Shown here: one piece after another, positions 1-12,654 of the stretch
How the letters are laid out: every line of letters starts with the position of its first letter
How positions within the stretch are numbered: the stretch's first letter is position 1
Assembly: GCF_001194135.2 (NCBI RefSeq)
Contig: NC_068981.1
Coordinates: forward strand, 174,626,670-174,663,505
Length of the DNA: 36,836 bases
Origin: Octopus bimaculoides
Lineage: Eukaryota
Direction of reading: 5' to 3'
The notes under the pieces: model-generated
Told to the model about the DNA's origin: nothing
The model's input: the letters and a program-made list of their open reading frames with translations, nothing else
Databases searched by the model: none
Position numbers and translations under genes: made by a program

Positions 1-291
1 GGAAACCCCAAAATGGCTGAAGTTCAAAAGATAGTGCTCATGGGAACTGCCCATATCCTACGTAAAATACTGTCTATGTGATCTCAAATTTTAAAGCAAA
101 CACATAATTTTCTTATGGTTTCTTAAACATTCACTTGAACAAAACTGTACAAATCCAAATATATGGTACCCTAGGCATAACACCTACATGAACTTCTAAC
201 TTGTTGTCTCTTGAGGTCTCTGGGTGAGACTTGGATCCAACTTGTACAAATGCAAAACAAAAGTCAAACATAAAATAATAATAATAATAAT
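1..291 (+). mobile_element. 3' end of an R4/Dong-clade (RLE-type) non-LTR retrotransposon: ORF C-terminus, 3' UTR and (TAA)n tail
   Basis: Frame 1 from base 1 reads GNPKMAEVQKIVLMGTAHILRKILSM* (stop ends at 81). This matches the 'QK..L.GTA.ILRK.L' C-terminus I recognise from R4/Dong/Rex6 elements. About 190 bp of UTR follow, ending in (TAA)n at ~274-291. The element is cut by the window start. Confidence 0.75.
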
Positions 292-504
292 ACTTTCTAC
301 TATAGGCATCAGGTCTAAAATTTTGGGAGAGGTGACCAGTCGATTACAACGACACCAGTGCTTAACTGGTACTTAATCTATCGACCCCAAAAGGATGAAA
401 GTGAAAGTCGGGCCTGCGGCATTTGAACTCAGAATGTGAAAACAGACGAGATATCGCTAAACATTTCGCCTGGCGTGCTAACCATTCTGCCAGCTCGCCG
501 CCTT
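292..504 (-). mobile_element. tRNA-derived SINE, family A, near full length
   Basis: Reverse complement begins AAGGCGGCGAGCTGGCAGAATGGTTAGCACG (A-box like) and has GAGTTCAAATGCC (B-box like). It carries the family core CTTTCATCCTTTTGGGGTCGATAGATTAAGTACCAG and ends ...CCTATAGTAGAAAGTA plus (TTA)n. It aligns by eye with the copy at 31030-31231. Confidence 0.85.
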
Positions 505-807
505 AATAATAACAACAACATCAACAACAATTTCTGACAGACATTTGGGATGAAAGAATTTGTCAATAAAAATCGATTATAGTACTTGACGTTTAGTTAT
601 TTTAGATATCCATTTGAAAGATATGCTGCGGTTTACTAAAGCGAAGTATTTGAAGTTGTCGGTACGAAACAGATTGTGACGCATTTAAATACACTTCACC
701 TGAAAAGTAAGGAATTTTGTTTAAACTTAATTTATGAACTAGGCATAGTTAATGAACCAATACAAAGTAGTTTTCATCAAATACTAAATATATAAGCACA
801 GATATAA

Positions 808-1190
808 GACTACGGTTAAATAGTTTGCTTCGAAAAGCTTCTGGTTTTGAGTCCAGTTCCTCTACGTGGCACCTTCAGCAAGTATCTTCCGCAGACCTGG
901 ACATACCAACGACTTGTGAACGAATTTATTTGGCGGTAACTGGGAACTATGTATGTATGTATGTATGTGTTAGTATATGTGTTTGTCTCTCTCTATATAA
1001 CTTGTCTTTACGTTACACCCTTCGAATACCGGGGTTTCCTAGACTACGCTCGCGTAACTTAGCGGTTATACAAAATGGACAGTGATAGAATGATTACTGG
1101 AATCAATACGATAGAGTAAACAAGTTAAGGCAGACAGAGTGCTCCAGCATGGCAGCAATTCAATCACTGCAATGGGAAAAGAGTATATAC
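808..1190 (+). mobile_element. Degenerate tRNA-derived SINE, family B (head, internal GT-rich spacer, tail)
   Basis: Head TAGTTTGCTTC...GAGTCCAGTTCCTCTACGTGGCACCTTCAGCAAGTATCTTC, an internal (TATG)n, then CGTAACTTAGCGGTT and GTGCTCCAGCATGGCAGCA. Same module order as the copies at 8095-8555 and 13896-14242. Confidence 0.65.
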
Positions 1191-1895
1191 TAGAATATAG
1201 TTTAGATTACATGTTTTAAAACACTTTTTAAGTTCGTATTTCACGTTTTTTTATCCATTTTGTGAAAAAGTCGGCACTTTTATTCAATTTAGAGCACGAA
1301 GAAGAATACACCGATATTCTAAATAAATGCAATAACTGCATCATCACTTGTAAAATTGATTATCGAAATATACTTCACTCTCCTCTGTCTTCCAATAAAC
1401 AGCAAGAAGCGTTCAAGCCTTCAGAAATAATACTGCCCCTGCTGATGGTTTTGATAATATTCGTTTTAGAGATTTAGAAAAGCAACAACACCTAATAATA
1501 TTCAATGGTAGATATCTTTCAATTATCTCGTAGAAATTTTGTCAATCTTTACTTGCTGCCGGAGATAAACGTTATCGGAATTGTACTTCCAAAATGAATA
1601 TATAAAAAGCAAAAGAAATCTACCAAGAGATATTAAAATGTTTCGACCTACTTTATTCTCCAGAATCAAATTATAGCACATTTCTCTTTATAGCAATTGA
1701 AAGGAGTTATTTTCTCAATGTACATTGATTTTTTATCTATCGACTTACATATCTACCTACCTACCTACCTTTCACAATTAAACAACATTCTTTCTCTTTA
1801 CTCGCCAGAAAATACAGCCATATAAAAAAACTTCGCCATTAACCTAACCAACCGTCCTCGTCGTCCTCACCATGTGTGCCACCACCCGCATCCGC

Positions 1896-2038
1896 ATACG
1901 ACCACCATGACGGCGATGACGACGACGACGACCACCACCACCACCACCACCACGACGACGACCACCACCACCACCACCACNNNNNNNNNNCCACCACCAC
2001 CACCACCACGAGCACCACTACCACCACCACCATCGTCG

Positions 2039-2084
<46 letters not shown>
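1896..2084. repeat. Compound trinucleotide microsatellite (GAC/CAC/CAT)n with a 10-N gap
   Basis: Directly visible; it explains the poly-T/H/D/M ORFs at 1839-2208. Confidence 0.95.
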
Positions 2085-2329
2085 GTATTATAGTCACTCA
2101 TCAGCTTTGAGAAACAGTGAAACTTGGGATTTTACACATCTCTGTGTTGCTGACGTTTACAATCTGGAGGAATCAGCTTCTTCCGTTACCTTCATACGTG
2201 CAAAATGAGATCATAGGCAGCTATAAATTATCTCAGTACTTTTATCTCCGTTGAGGAGTATGTCACATATTTCTTCAACCGATACATGGTTTTTATCTTC
2301 ATCATATTATCCTCATGCCATCGTTATCA

Positions 2330-2605
2330 TACTCAGTTGCAAGATAATTGTTTTAATCATTCTCACTGCCATTTCTAGTCCGTCTGGCGTATATGGATGT
2401 ATGATCTGAAATTCGTTGGATATTTTCCTCGGTTTTCGTGCTTTACTGAACACCTGGAAAAGCGGCCAAATCTCTCACCTGCTCTAATTGCTATTGCTGC
2501 TTAACTCTGTTACGTACTTGATAAAGCAGGCCTGTTAGCAGACCCCTGCCTGTAATGGTTAGTCAGTTTCTCCTTTTTCAAATTCAGTCAGCTCAGGACG
2601 ACAAT
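2330..2605 (-). pseudogene. Possible decayed Tc1-family transposase N-terminus (HTH region)
   Basis: Minus strand 2600-2562 reads RPELTEFEKGETD, like the Tc1 start 'ELTEFEKGEI'. About 150 bp further is RKPRKIS, like 'GRPRKLS'. It has multiple stops and frameshifts, and I found no TIRs. Confidence 0.35.
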
Positions 2606-2638
2606 ATCCAATGATAACATTATTTAAAACTATAAAAT

Positions 2639-2753
2639 AGGTGAGCTGGCAGCCTTGTTAGCATACCAGAAAAAATGCTTAGCGGAATTCCTTTCGATTT
2701 TACGTTCAGAGTTCAAATCCCACTGCGGTCGACTTTGCCTTTCATCCTTTTGG
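2639..2753 (+). mobile_element. SINE family A, 5' half
   Basis: GGTGAGCTGGCAG...TTAGCATACCAGAAAAAATGCTTAGCGG...GAGTTCAAATCCCAC...GTCGACTTTGCCTTTCATCCTTT; the 3' part is missing. Confidence 0.8.
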
Positions 2754-5700
2754 AATGCTAATCTATTAACACTAATCCAAACATACAAAGTACCCTAGGG
2801 CCGTGGTTTTGATTGGTAAATGTATGATTTACAAATAGTTAATGCAAACAACTTGTGATAGGTGCACGTGCGAAAGCCTGCACCCTCGTCATACACTNNN
2901 NNNNNNNTTTTTTGTTTTGTTTTTTTTCTGCTGATTTTATGTACAAAAGGCAACATAAATTTTTAAAATATGCTATGTTGATAAAATCAACATTTGAATC
3001 AAATTTGTTGATAATTCAAATTTCGCCTGTTAATACAGATTAACTTTTTTCCAACCAAGCATGAAGCTTTAATTTCTCATGAAATTGATTGAATTATTTT
3101 TGTTTTGAAATGATCTTCTTTTTCTTTAAGAAATTATTAATAATTAAACCTAGGTTTAGTATTTTGTTCTCCAAATAAAAACGAAAATTATAATTCATTA
3201 AAATTTGTGTATGTACCTTTTTCAATATCTCACAATCTACTTGAGTTATCTAAATTCATGCTGTTGTGCCTGTTTTAGTTCCCTTAACTATCATTGGTTT
3301 CGTAGTTAGGTAAATTCTACTGAGATGACCAAAATCTCCATAACACTTTCTTATTGTAAAACCTTATGTTAACTAACTCTTGCTTTACTTGAGAGGTGTG
3401 ATAAAACCGAAACACGTTTGTAGCTTTAACTTCCTATAACATCAAAGATCAAGTGTCTCAAATTCCCGTGAAAACGTTTGATATTGCTTGAAATTGTCTC
3501 CCTTTTTCTTTGCGAGACACTATCATTTACTACTAGTTTTCTTTCGCAAACTAAGGTGCAATTTCAATTCAATATTTCTTTTTCGTACGTCATTCAGTAC
3601 ATCACCGCCTACCTGACATACACAAAAAGGAAATGAAACGTTAATGATTTATTCACGACAAGACAGCTAAAAAAAAATCGAATATTTCTGAAAGTTGTAA
3701 CGTCTTAGTTAAGTTTCTGAATATTGGATTAGCTTGCTTTGCTTTATCAGTTCTTTTATCGATTAAATTGGCAGTGTCGATTGTAAAATAGTGTCTGCAC
3801 CTATTCACACAAAGAACAAATCACTCAGCATAGATTTGATCTAATCACTTAAAGTGAAATTACATAAAGCGAGAAACCAATTTGACACGTTATTACAGAA
3901 ACGAGAGTTAAGTTTTTCATTCAGACGATAAAAGTTTGGTGATTGCAACGAGTGATTAATCGTATGTATCAGAGCATACGTGTCTGTAATTAGAGTATAA
4001 GCCTTTCCAATTAGTGTATATGTGTGTATAAAATTAAAGGGTGTCTTTTAAATAACGATTCTCTAAGATTGGTTTAAAACTGTCTCTCCTACTTACATGA
4101 TTTGTCTTTCTTGCAGATAAAATAAATATTCGTAATTTTGTAGTCATTGTTTTTTTATCTTTAATACCTCTTCCGCAATAAATGAGGATGTTTGAATAAC
4201 AAATGTTTGTTTTTTTATTATCATTACCCTTTGTTACAATAAACTTTCTTGCTTACATATACATAAAAAATGAAAGATTTCAGAGGAATGTTTTTTTCTG
4301 AGACAGATTTGTTCGAGTCGTTTGAATCGCATTAAACCCTAGTTACCAGGCTCTCTTCAACAAGTGATTATAGCAGCACTACAGCAGCAGTCGATATATA
4401 CCCATTTTAAAGATATAAACAGCAATTATATATGTTGGGGATTAAGTCAAGCAAGCAGTGTGTACCCATCGCCTTTGAAGTCCAGCCCGAGATAGGTAGA
4501 TAATGCAGTTTATGCTCATCTTAAACTACTGGAAGTCAATGTTTGTATAAAGAACGCGGCGTATTGGGAATGAAGTGGAGTTGTTACTATGGGAATGAAG
4601 ATTTGAAATAAAAAGAAGTGGATGCCAAACTCATTACCAATAATGGTTTTGACCATTAGGGCATACACAAAATTTGAAAACAAGAAGGAACATATAAAAA
4701 TAATATAAATTATACTACGGACAATAACTCGACTAGTAGTAAAAGAAAAAGAAAAAACTCTGAGGCCTAGAGGCTACAGTCTATACAAAACACTTTCAAT
4801 GCAATAGTACAAGATACAGTACGTAATGTCCGCAGCACATAACGCAGGCTACATTCTTACACTGTAAACACTGTACGTAACCAGGAACAAATAAAATCAA
4901 AGGTACACTTGTGTAATCCACACACTGTTGCTACAGCACATAGCTCAGCTCACAAAACATTCATGTTCTAAACAAACAGTTGTTATAAAATGGTTCAATA
5001 CAACATATATAACATACTGTTTATACGAGTAAAAAAGTCCCTAAAGCACATAACACAACTCACATAATGCAATCACTTCATAACAAAATAACAGAACTAA
5101 TGCAGAATATACTCTAAAAAGCAACAGAAACAAAGGCTGACATCAAAGTAAAAATGACTTAGCATAGGAAGACAATCCTACGCCTCTAAAAAACACTATT
5201 CCACACATCAAGGTTACATGTAGGTGCACTTTGTAGTGCATTAGAACTTCACAGGCAGTTTTTTAAGACATATGAAGACAATATCGATAAGAATAACGGA
5301 AAAAAAAAGATGATGATGATAATGATGAAGAGATTAATAACAAACCAAATGTATTATTCATACCTTTTCTGTGTGTGTGTGTGTGTGTATTCAGAAATTA
5401 AACACGTATAGTAATAAGCAAACGGACGGAAAGATATACTAAATGCACTGAATGCACAGACGAAGGGAGAACAAATACAGGTCACAAATTGCTCATCAGT
5501 TATCGGCCAGGGTGTCGAGCGCAGTTTCATGCCATTAGCGATATATACATATGTATATGAACATATGCACGCACATGTATACACGCACATAGAATCAGAG
5601 TGCTACTGGTCATATGATGAGTAAGTGTGGAAATATACAATTGGCACTGCGAGTAATATTAAGAAATATGACGTACGCACAATAACTGTGTGCGTAATAA

Positions 5701-6026
5701 TTCATCAGAATTCATCCAATTACATTTTCATAAAATTATATAAAGCATTTGTATGTCTCCTTTCATAGACACTCAGTCGTTTATTCTCTCTCGTCCTTCT
5801 TTGACTGTATGATATTGTGTATATGTGTGTATTGAGTATCTTTGTTCCTTACCTATCATCATACCTAATTTGTGTACTCGTCCAGCATCTGTTAACTTAA
5901 CTCTCACTCTATCTCTACTTCATACTCTTTCCCCATCTCACTAAATTATGTAAAGTGTGACTGGAGAAATCAACCAACATTTATATCTGCTTTTATTAAA
6001 TGTTTGTACATTCATACCTACCACTC

Positions 6027-6122
<96 letters not shown>

Positions 6123-6171
6123 GTCTGTCTGTCTGTCTATCTATCTGTCTGTCTGTCTGTCTGCCTGCCTG

Positions 6172-6239
<68 letters not shown>

Positions 6240-6291
6240 GCTAGCTAGCTAGCTAGCTAGCTATCTGTCTGTCTGTCTGTCTGTTTGTCTG
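6027..6291. repeat. Compound tetranucleotide array (ATCT)n-(GTCT)n-(ATCT)n-(AGCT)n-(GTCT)n
   Basis: Directly visible. Confidence 0.97.
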
Positions 6292-7756
6292 TACACACAA
6301 CTAAATGCCTTTTACCCTTGTCCCCGCTCACGTGGCTTTCTCCTATTACTGAAGCTATATTACTAGCGAAGACACATATTAAGCTGAATTCCTTTGTTGG
6401 TCGGAATTAATATCTGTCGGAGTTGCCATAGTAACAGACAACATTAATATAACCGTTCGAGCTGATTTTAGATAGTAGAGAAGTTTAATACTTCGTTTCT
6501 GATCGATTTCTATCCATCTGTCCATCTAAAAGCAACTATAGCAGCAACATCAACAAGAATAACAGAAAGAAAAACTGATCGAAGTCTTCGTCTTGCACTT
6601 AACTTTATTATTGTGCTATATTTGTAATTAATGCCGAAGTGGCGAACGCTGTTGATTAGTAATAATTTGAGACCATAATATTACTTTATTTTCGTTGGAA
6701 ATTTCTTTTAGAAAAAGCATGAAATTTTCAAAATCCCACTTCCAGTCTCCTATAATTAGGCTAGAAATCAATGAAATCTATTTTCAGGGCCTCGTAAACA
6801 TCGTACAATTGGACTAATTTTCACCGGAGTTGAATATCTACGAATCAGTTTCAATTCCTGTCATTTAGTTTTTCACTATGCACTATTTATGCAAAGCCAA
6901 TCCTAGTCATTACAAACGGTTGGTTGTTGTGATTTCCTCGTTTCTTTCTTTTACAACTCTTGGCTTTCATTCTTCTGAAAAACGGCGATAAATTGAGTTC
7001 GAGAATAATTATGCTTTGGAAAGACTTAAGTGAATCGTACAAGTAGAGCTATACAACAAAACAACAGCAACCACCATCAATAACAACAACCACCACAACA
7101 GTAACAGCAACAACAACAACAACAACAAAATTAACATATGCCATTCAAGTCTGTGATGAAAGCATAAATATATCAATAACTTGCAAAGTCACGTTTCTGA
7201 AAATAATCTCACACTGAATTTCATTTCCTTAGTAAAAGCAGTGAAGTAGTTTGAAAAAGCATCTTATCGGAGATTAAACCAAGAATGCATTCTTCAGGAC
7301 CGGTAAAAACCGCTATTTACAGAAAGGAATCAGTTGTGTAAAACGTGTTGCCTTATTAAAGTATTGGTTCAATTGATTTCAAACAATCGAAAATCGAGTC
7401 ATCGATACGGCGTCACACATTCCATGCACTGGGAGATTGTATTTTGATTTACAGAACGCAAACAACCTAGTAGAATACCATTTCCATTTCAATCCACTAC
7501 ATTCAGTTCTCTTAGAACTTTGGCCTTGTGATATTTATGGATATTGTATCATTGTTACTATAATTACTTTATAACTTAGGGCCGCCTTTGCAGAGCGAGA
7601 GCTAGGTTCTTCTTGGGTCAAGTTTACAAGACAACCGCCTTCAACTCCCAAATGCGATTTATGTTATTTTACCATTCACTTCATTCAGCTTTGTAATACT
7701 TTTGATTTCTGCTCTATTGCATTGAGAATAAATAATTGTTATTGATATTTAACCAA

Positions 7757-7890
7757 GGCACATGACCACAAATTTTGGAGGGTGTGTATAATCGATTAAA
7801 TCAGCCTCGGTATTTGACTACTATTGAATTGAAGGCAGAAAGAATAAAAACACAGTGACTCCTACTAGTGTTTAAACGCAAGACGTAAAT
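7757..7890 (-). mobile_element. Old, diverged SINE family A fragment
   Basis: GGCACATGACCACAAATTTTGGAGGG...ATCGATTAAATCAGCCTCGGTATTTGACT...GAAAGAATAAAAACACAGTGACTCC is collinear with the reverse complement of family A. Confidence 0.5.
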
Positions 7891-8094
7891 CTTATCATAT
7901 AAAACTGAATGCGTGTATGTGTGTTTAAAGCCATGGGCCACATCAGTTTAGGAAACTTTGAATTAGGCACATCTTTTCAAAGCGAAGATTATAGGCTTAT
8001 GAGACTTACTCGGATACATTCTTTAAACCATAGCAAGAACAGATACTAGTGTTCGTAACCAATATCCATTGCCTAAATAATATCCTCGTCTTTG

Positions 8095-8316
8095 TCCTTT
8101 ATCTTTTATATTTTACTTGTTTCAGTCAGTAGACTGCGGCCATGTTGGGGCACCACCTTGAAGAATTTTTAGTCGAATGAATCGACCCCAGTACTTTTCC
8201 TTTTTAAAGCCTAGTACTTATTCTATCGGTCTCTTTTGCCAAACTGCTAAGGTATGGGGACGTAAACTAACCAATACCGGTTGTCAAGCAGTGGTGAGGG
8301 ACAAACATAGACACAG

Positions 8317-8355
<39 letters not shown>

Positions 8356-8555
8356 TACACACACACGCACATACACACAAACACAAACACACACACATAT
8401 ACGATAGGCTTCTTTCAGTTTACGTTTAACAAATCCACCCACAAGGCTTTTGTCGGCTGAGGTTACAGTGGAAGACACTTACCCAAAGTGCCACGCAGTG
8501 GGACTGAACCCAGAAGTATGTTGCTGAAAAGCAAACTTCTTGCCACACGGCCACT
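8095..8555 (-). mobile_element. SINE family B, near full length, with internal (CA)n
   Basis: Reverse complement has A-box TGGCCGTGTGG, then AAGAAGTTTGCT, B-box GGTTCAGTCCC, GTGGCACTTTGGGTAAGTGTCTTCC and an internal GT-rich tract (8309-8401). It ends GATAGAATAAGTACTAGG...GGGGTCGAT...CCCCAACATGGCCGCAGTC...TGACTGAAACAAGTAAAA. Confidence 0.85.
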
Positions 8556-9772
8556 AAATGTTAATCATACTGATGTGTTACACAGGAAAGATATGCAGAA
8601 TGTAATAGAATGATAATGCACGTACCCTTTCTGTTATCTGTAACTTCGATCTAAACTCTTCCCTGTCACATGGTCTGTTTGAAATAGCAACAAAATATCC
8701 TTCTCATCATACCCTACGATTTTGAAAAAGGAATCACTTGCTTAAACAATCCAACGGGTATATATATATAACAAGACATGCAATAGTCATAACTGAAGAT
8801 ACTTGCGTTTAGTGAAATATAATTTGTGTAGCTGCAAAATCATGTGGCTGCAAATTGATTGTTCAGTGTTTATTTGCCTATAAGCAGCAGCAATGTGCCA
8901 TACATGCTAGCAATACTTGTATTTGATCATACGTGTATCTCACAGACAGTAACTGATACTGATTGAAATTCTTTTATATATCATAAGGTGAATCTTACGC
9001 TTTATGATGTAGGTTCGTTAACATAATGCATGTGATATCGACACGAAAAAGCACGAGAGATTATGAGGTCTATTAAATGTAGTGAACTGGCGGTTTTAAT
9101 CGGGAGCTGTTAAAGATCTGCTACAATAATGTACGGAGCAGTTTCTTTTTATATGTGGTGAGCGTTTCCGTGCTGCTGAAAGAGAGTCACAACGGAAGAA
9201 TGTTCTCGTTGTCTGTGTTCGTAAATGAATCGTATGGCTGTGAGAGATGTCAAGAGAGGGAGGGGGCTTGAAGGATATAAGCTAGGAACTAAATGTGATT
9301 GATAATTTGATTTCTGAAAATGGTGCCCTAGGACCATTTACCTTGTTTGCTGGAATGATCAGAATAGTTTGTGTACAGGGCTGCAGATCTCTTTTAATTA
9401 ATAGAAGTACGTGGAATGGGGTGGGGGTGGAGCAGTAATATTTCGAAACGAGCCATTATTGGCTTACTTTATAAATCGAATACCTACAAAAATCAAACCA
9501 AATCAACTCTACGGTTCAAGATGCTACTATAAACTGATTTATATAGTGTGTGTGTATATAGGAATAATAATTTTTGAGTTATGGTATAGTGTATAATAGA
9601 GTTGGATGCTTTGAAGTACACCATATACTGGTAATGTGCGTTAAGTTCAAAGACTAGCTTGTGATAATAATTTATAGTTTCCAGATTATTAACTCTACCA
9701 TCACTGTGTATGTATTTTACACCAGATCTGAATCAAAGTGAATCACATTCACTTAAGGAAACCTACTGCAGT

Positions 9773-9802
9773 GCACACACACACACACACATACACACAC
9801 AC

Positions 9803-9858
<56 letters not shown>
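9773..9858. repeat. (CA)n microsatellite
   Basis: Directly visible. Confidence 0.95.
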
Positions 9859-9860
<2 letters not shown>

Positions 9861-10603
9861 ATTCACTCACTGTATTAAGAATAGCCCCTAAATAATTCAG
9901 AGTTTTGCGCGTGTCACTCTCCACTGCTGATTTCCAATGTTTATTTCTGATTATATTGATAAAAAATAACGTGACCAGATAAACTTTGACTATACTATAT
10001 ACATGGAAAATAGGAAAAGAGAAAACTATGTACAATTAAATAATTCATAAATAAAATTCATTATGCCACCACCGCTGCCGGACGATTTTCTCTTAATACT
10101 GTTACATTTTCGTGTTTATTTTTTTAAATATTACACGTCTATAACAAACATTATCACAGAATTAATATAGCGGTGAATTTAGCTGTCTGTGATGTACCTG
10201 CATTACGCATGATGTAGAGATTGCTATTTTAAACTAATGATACTTCTGTTCCACATCACGAATTTTTATCCAGCCGATCTACTAATTGTAACATCAGTGA
10301 TTTTTCAACCACTTTTATACTAGCAGCTCCAAAAGCCAGAAATGCCCATTTAGCCATGACACCCTTGCTACTGAACGATTTCCCTCAAATACTGATATAT
10401 TTTTCTGTTATTTTTCACTGTATATCATTCCATATTTAAGAGACACTACCTCCGGACAAATAGTCTAGGTAATTAGACTTCCATAGTGTGTCTGCTATAA
10501 ATGTGATACCAAAATTGCTGTTTTAAACTAACACTGCCTCTGCACATAACGAATTAATGCACACATACATACGTTCATATATATACATATAATGATACAT
10601 GCA

Positions 10604-10657
<54 letters not shown>

Positions 10658-11515
10658 TATGTATCTCTCTACTCATCTATCTATCTTCTATCTATCTGCA
10701 TGTCTGTCTATCTATCTTTCTATTTCTCACTATACACACGCATGCGCACACAGAATTCTGTTTCCAGTAGAGAGTACAGACTATTATCACTCATGCTGGT
10801 CAATCAAAGTCATATGTCACTTGATACCTTCAGATCGTTTACCGCCACACAATAGTAGCGGAAAAATCCTACGTTACAGAACCCCGACATACTGTCACCA
10901 ACATCTTGTCTGCTACCCAACGTGTGGCATCCAATATAAAATTACTGTTGTTAAAATGTCACACACTATAAAGCCAGTTGACTGGCGGAAACATCATATC
11001 AGTTCTTCTACATGGAGCTCCCAATTTTGGAACTGATGTCACTCAGAGAGCTAAAACGAACACGTGAGCTGAAGCAATGCTCTCAACCTGAAACGATGTC
11101 AAATATCTTTTCCATTTCTTTCTCTGTGAATCCGAGCAGCTGACGTTTTACGCTCGTGATACTAAATAATGTAGAGTTGAGACACAGTGTTATTCCATGT
11201 AATTAATTGTATGTATAATAAACACACATATACTTAATAGATACATAAATTCATGTAAATAAACGCATACATACATACATACATATATACGCACAAACAT
11301 GTATGTATATATGTATATTTATATATGTATATATATGTATATATCTCTGCCTCACTCGGATTTTAATTATAAAACTAAAAATAGACAATGAAACAAGATA
11401 TATCATAAATACAATATATATAGTCATACACAAATCATAATGCATTTCTATGAATATGCCTTCTATGAATATACAAATAATATTTACAATATATACATTA
11501 TTAATGATACATGTA

Positions 11516-11548
<33 letters not shown>

Positions 11549-12654
11549 NNNNNNNNNNNNNNNNNNNNNNNNNNNNNNNNNNNNNNNNNNNNNNNNNNNN
11601 NNNNNNNNNNNNNNNNNNNNNNNNNNNNNNNNNNNNNNNNNNNNNNNNNNNNNNNNNNNNNNNNNNNNNNNNNNNNNNNNNNNNNNNNNNNNNNNNNNNN
11701 NNNNNNNNNNNNNNNNNNNNNNNNNNNNNNNNNACATACATACATACATATATACGCACAAACATGTATGTATATAACAAAATATACAATATATGTAATA
11801 TAATCTAATATAATGATATGGAAGCACACACACACACACACACACACAAATATTATATATAAGTGTATGTATCAGAAACGTATTAGAGCATGATAATATG
11901 AAGATAACAAATGCTTGTAAAAATGTAAGAAATAATACCAACAGAAGCAGTATTAATACCAAAGGTAATATTAATCCCCACTTAAAAGTGGGTATAGTGT
12001 AAGAACAGAAAATGCTGCATTATTTATCACCAGAGAGTCTCTCATATGAGCTCGTGGTGCATATAAGCGCTCGTTTTTATATCGTTAGCGGGAGATAATC
12101 ATCCGCTACCATCGTAGGAACTACGAGATTACGTGATTTCGTTTCTACTTGGCTTTATCAGTGGCGGACGTCTGCGGCTAGAGATAGCAGTGTTTTATCT
12201 GTCAGCGATATACATACATACATACATACATACATACATACATCAACTTCATCATCTAATAGTGGTCGGTGTCGGAAATACATCATATTGCACTCATTGT
12301 AACATTCGCAACCTGATTAGTTCCACTTCCCTTATTATATGTTTCACGGCAAACCTCGTTGTCCATGTCACCATGCGCATTGGCGTCTTACCGCTAATGC
12401 TTTTCTCTAACTAAAGTATTTTTCAATGCACTAATTTTCATTGCTCGTCTTATATCTCTTATCTTCGTAATTCTGGGTGGATATTCATTTGTTCTGTATC
12501 CGTCCCTGTCCCACCCCGTGTGTACTGCTCTGCACCTATTGTCTCATTTTCGCTGTGATCTCTACTATCTTAATACCTTTTCTCTCTATCCATGTCTTTC
12601 TGCCAATACAACCGAATCGGTTGGCATGGACAATGGGCTCCATTCAGGTATTGT

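Noticed and set aside
1839-2208. Poly-M/D/T/H/V ORFs
   Set aside because: These are translations of a trinucleotide microsatellite containing an N gap; there is no coding evidence.
2975-2993. ATGTTGAT-AAA-ATCAACAT hairpin
   Set aside because: An 8-bp AT-rich stem is expected by chance in DNA of this composition.
5491-5528. Minus strand has GAAAC...CUGAUGAG in type II hammerhead order
   Set aside because: Stem II cannot form (GCAA versus GCAT), and no GUH triplet pairs with GAAAC to make stem III.
8620-8800. Possible old family C-related SINE on the minus strand
   Set aside because: Only short patches match (GTACCCTT, TTTGAAATA); too weak to call by eye.
10599-11140. 145-aa ORF and adjacent GC-richer unique sequence
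   Set aside because: The first third is (CT)n/(ATCT)n. The best minus-strand acceptor (~11090) leads to stops in all three frames, and no peptide is recognisable.
12040-12420. CpG-containing segment with CTHC, faintly like the Cys-rich linker before PLE GIY-YIG domains
   Set aside because: No YIG motif or collinear similarity that I can defend; it needs a frameshift-aware search.
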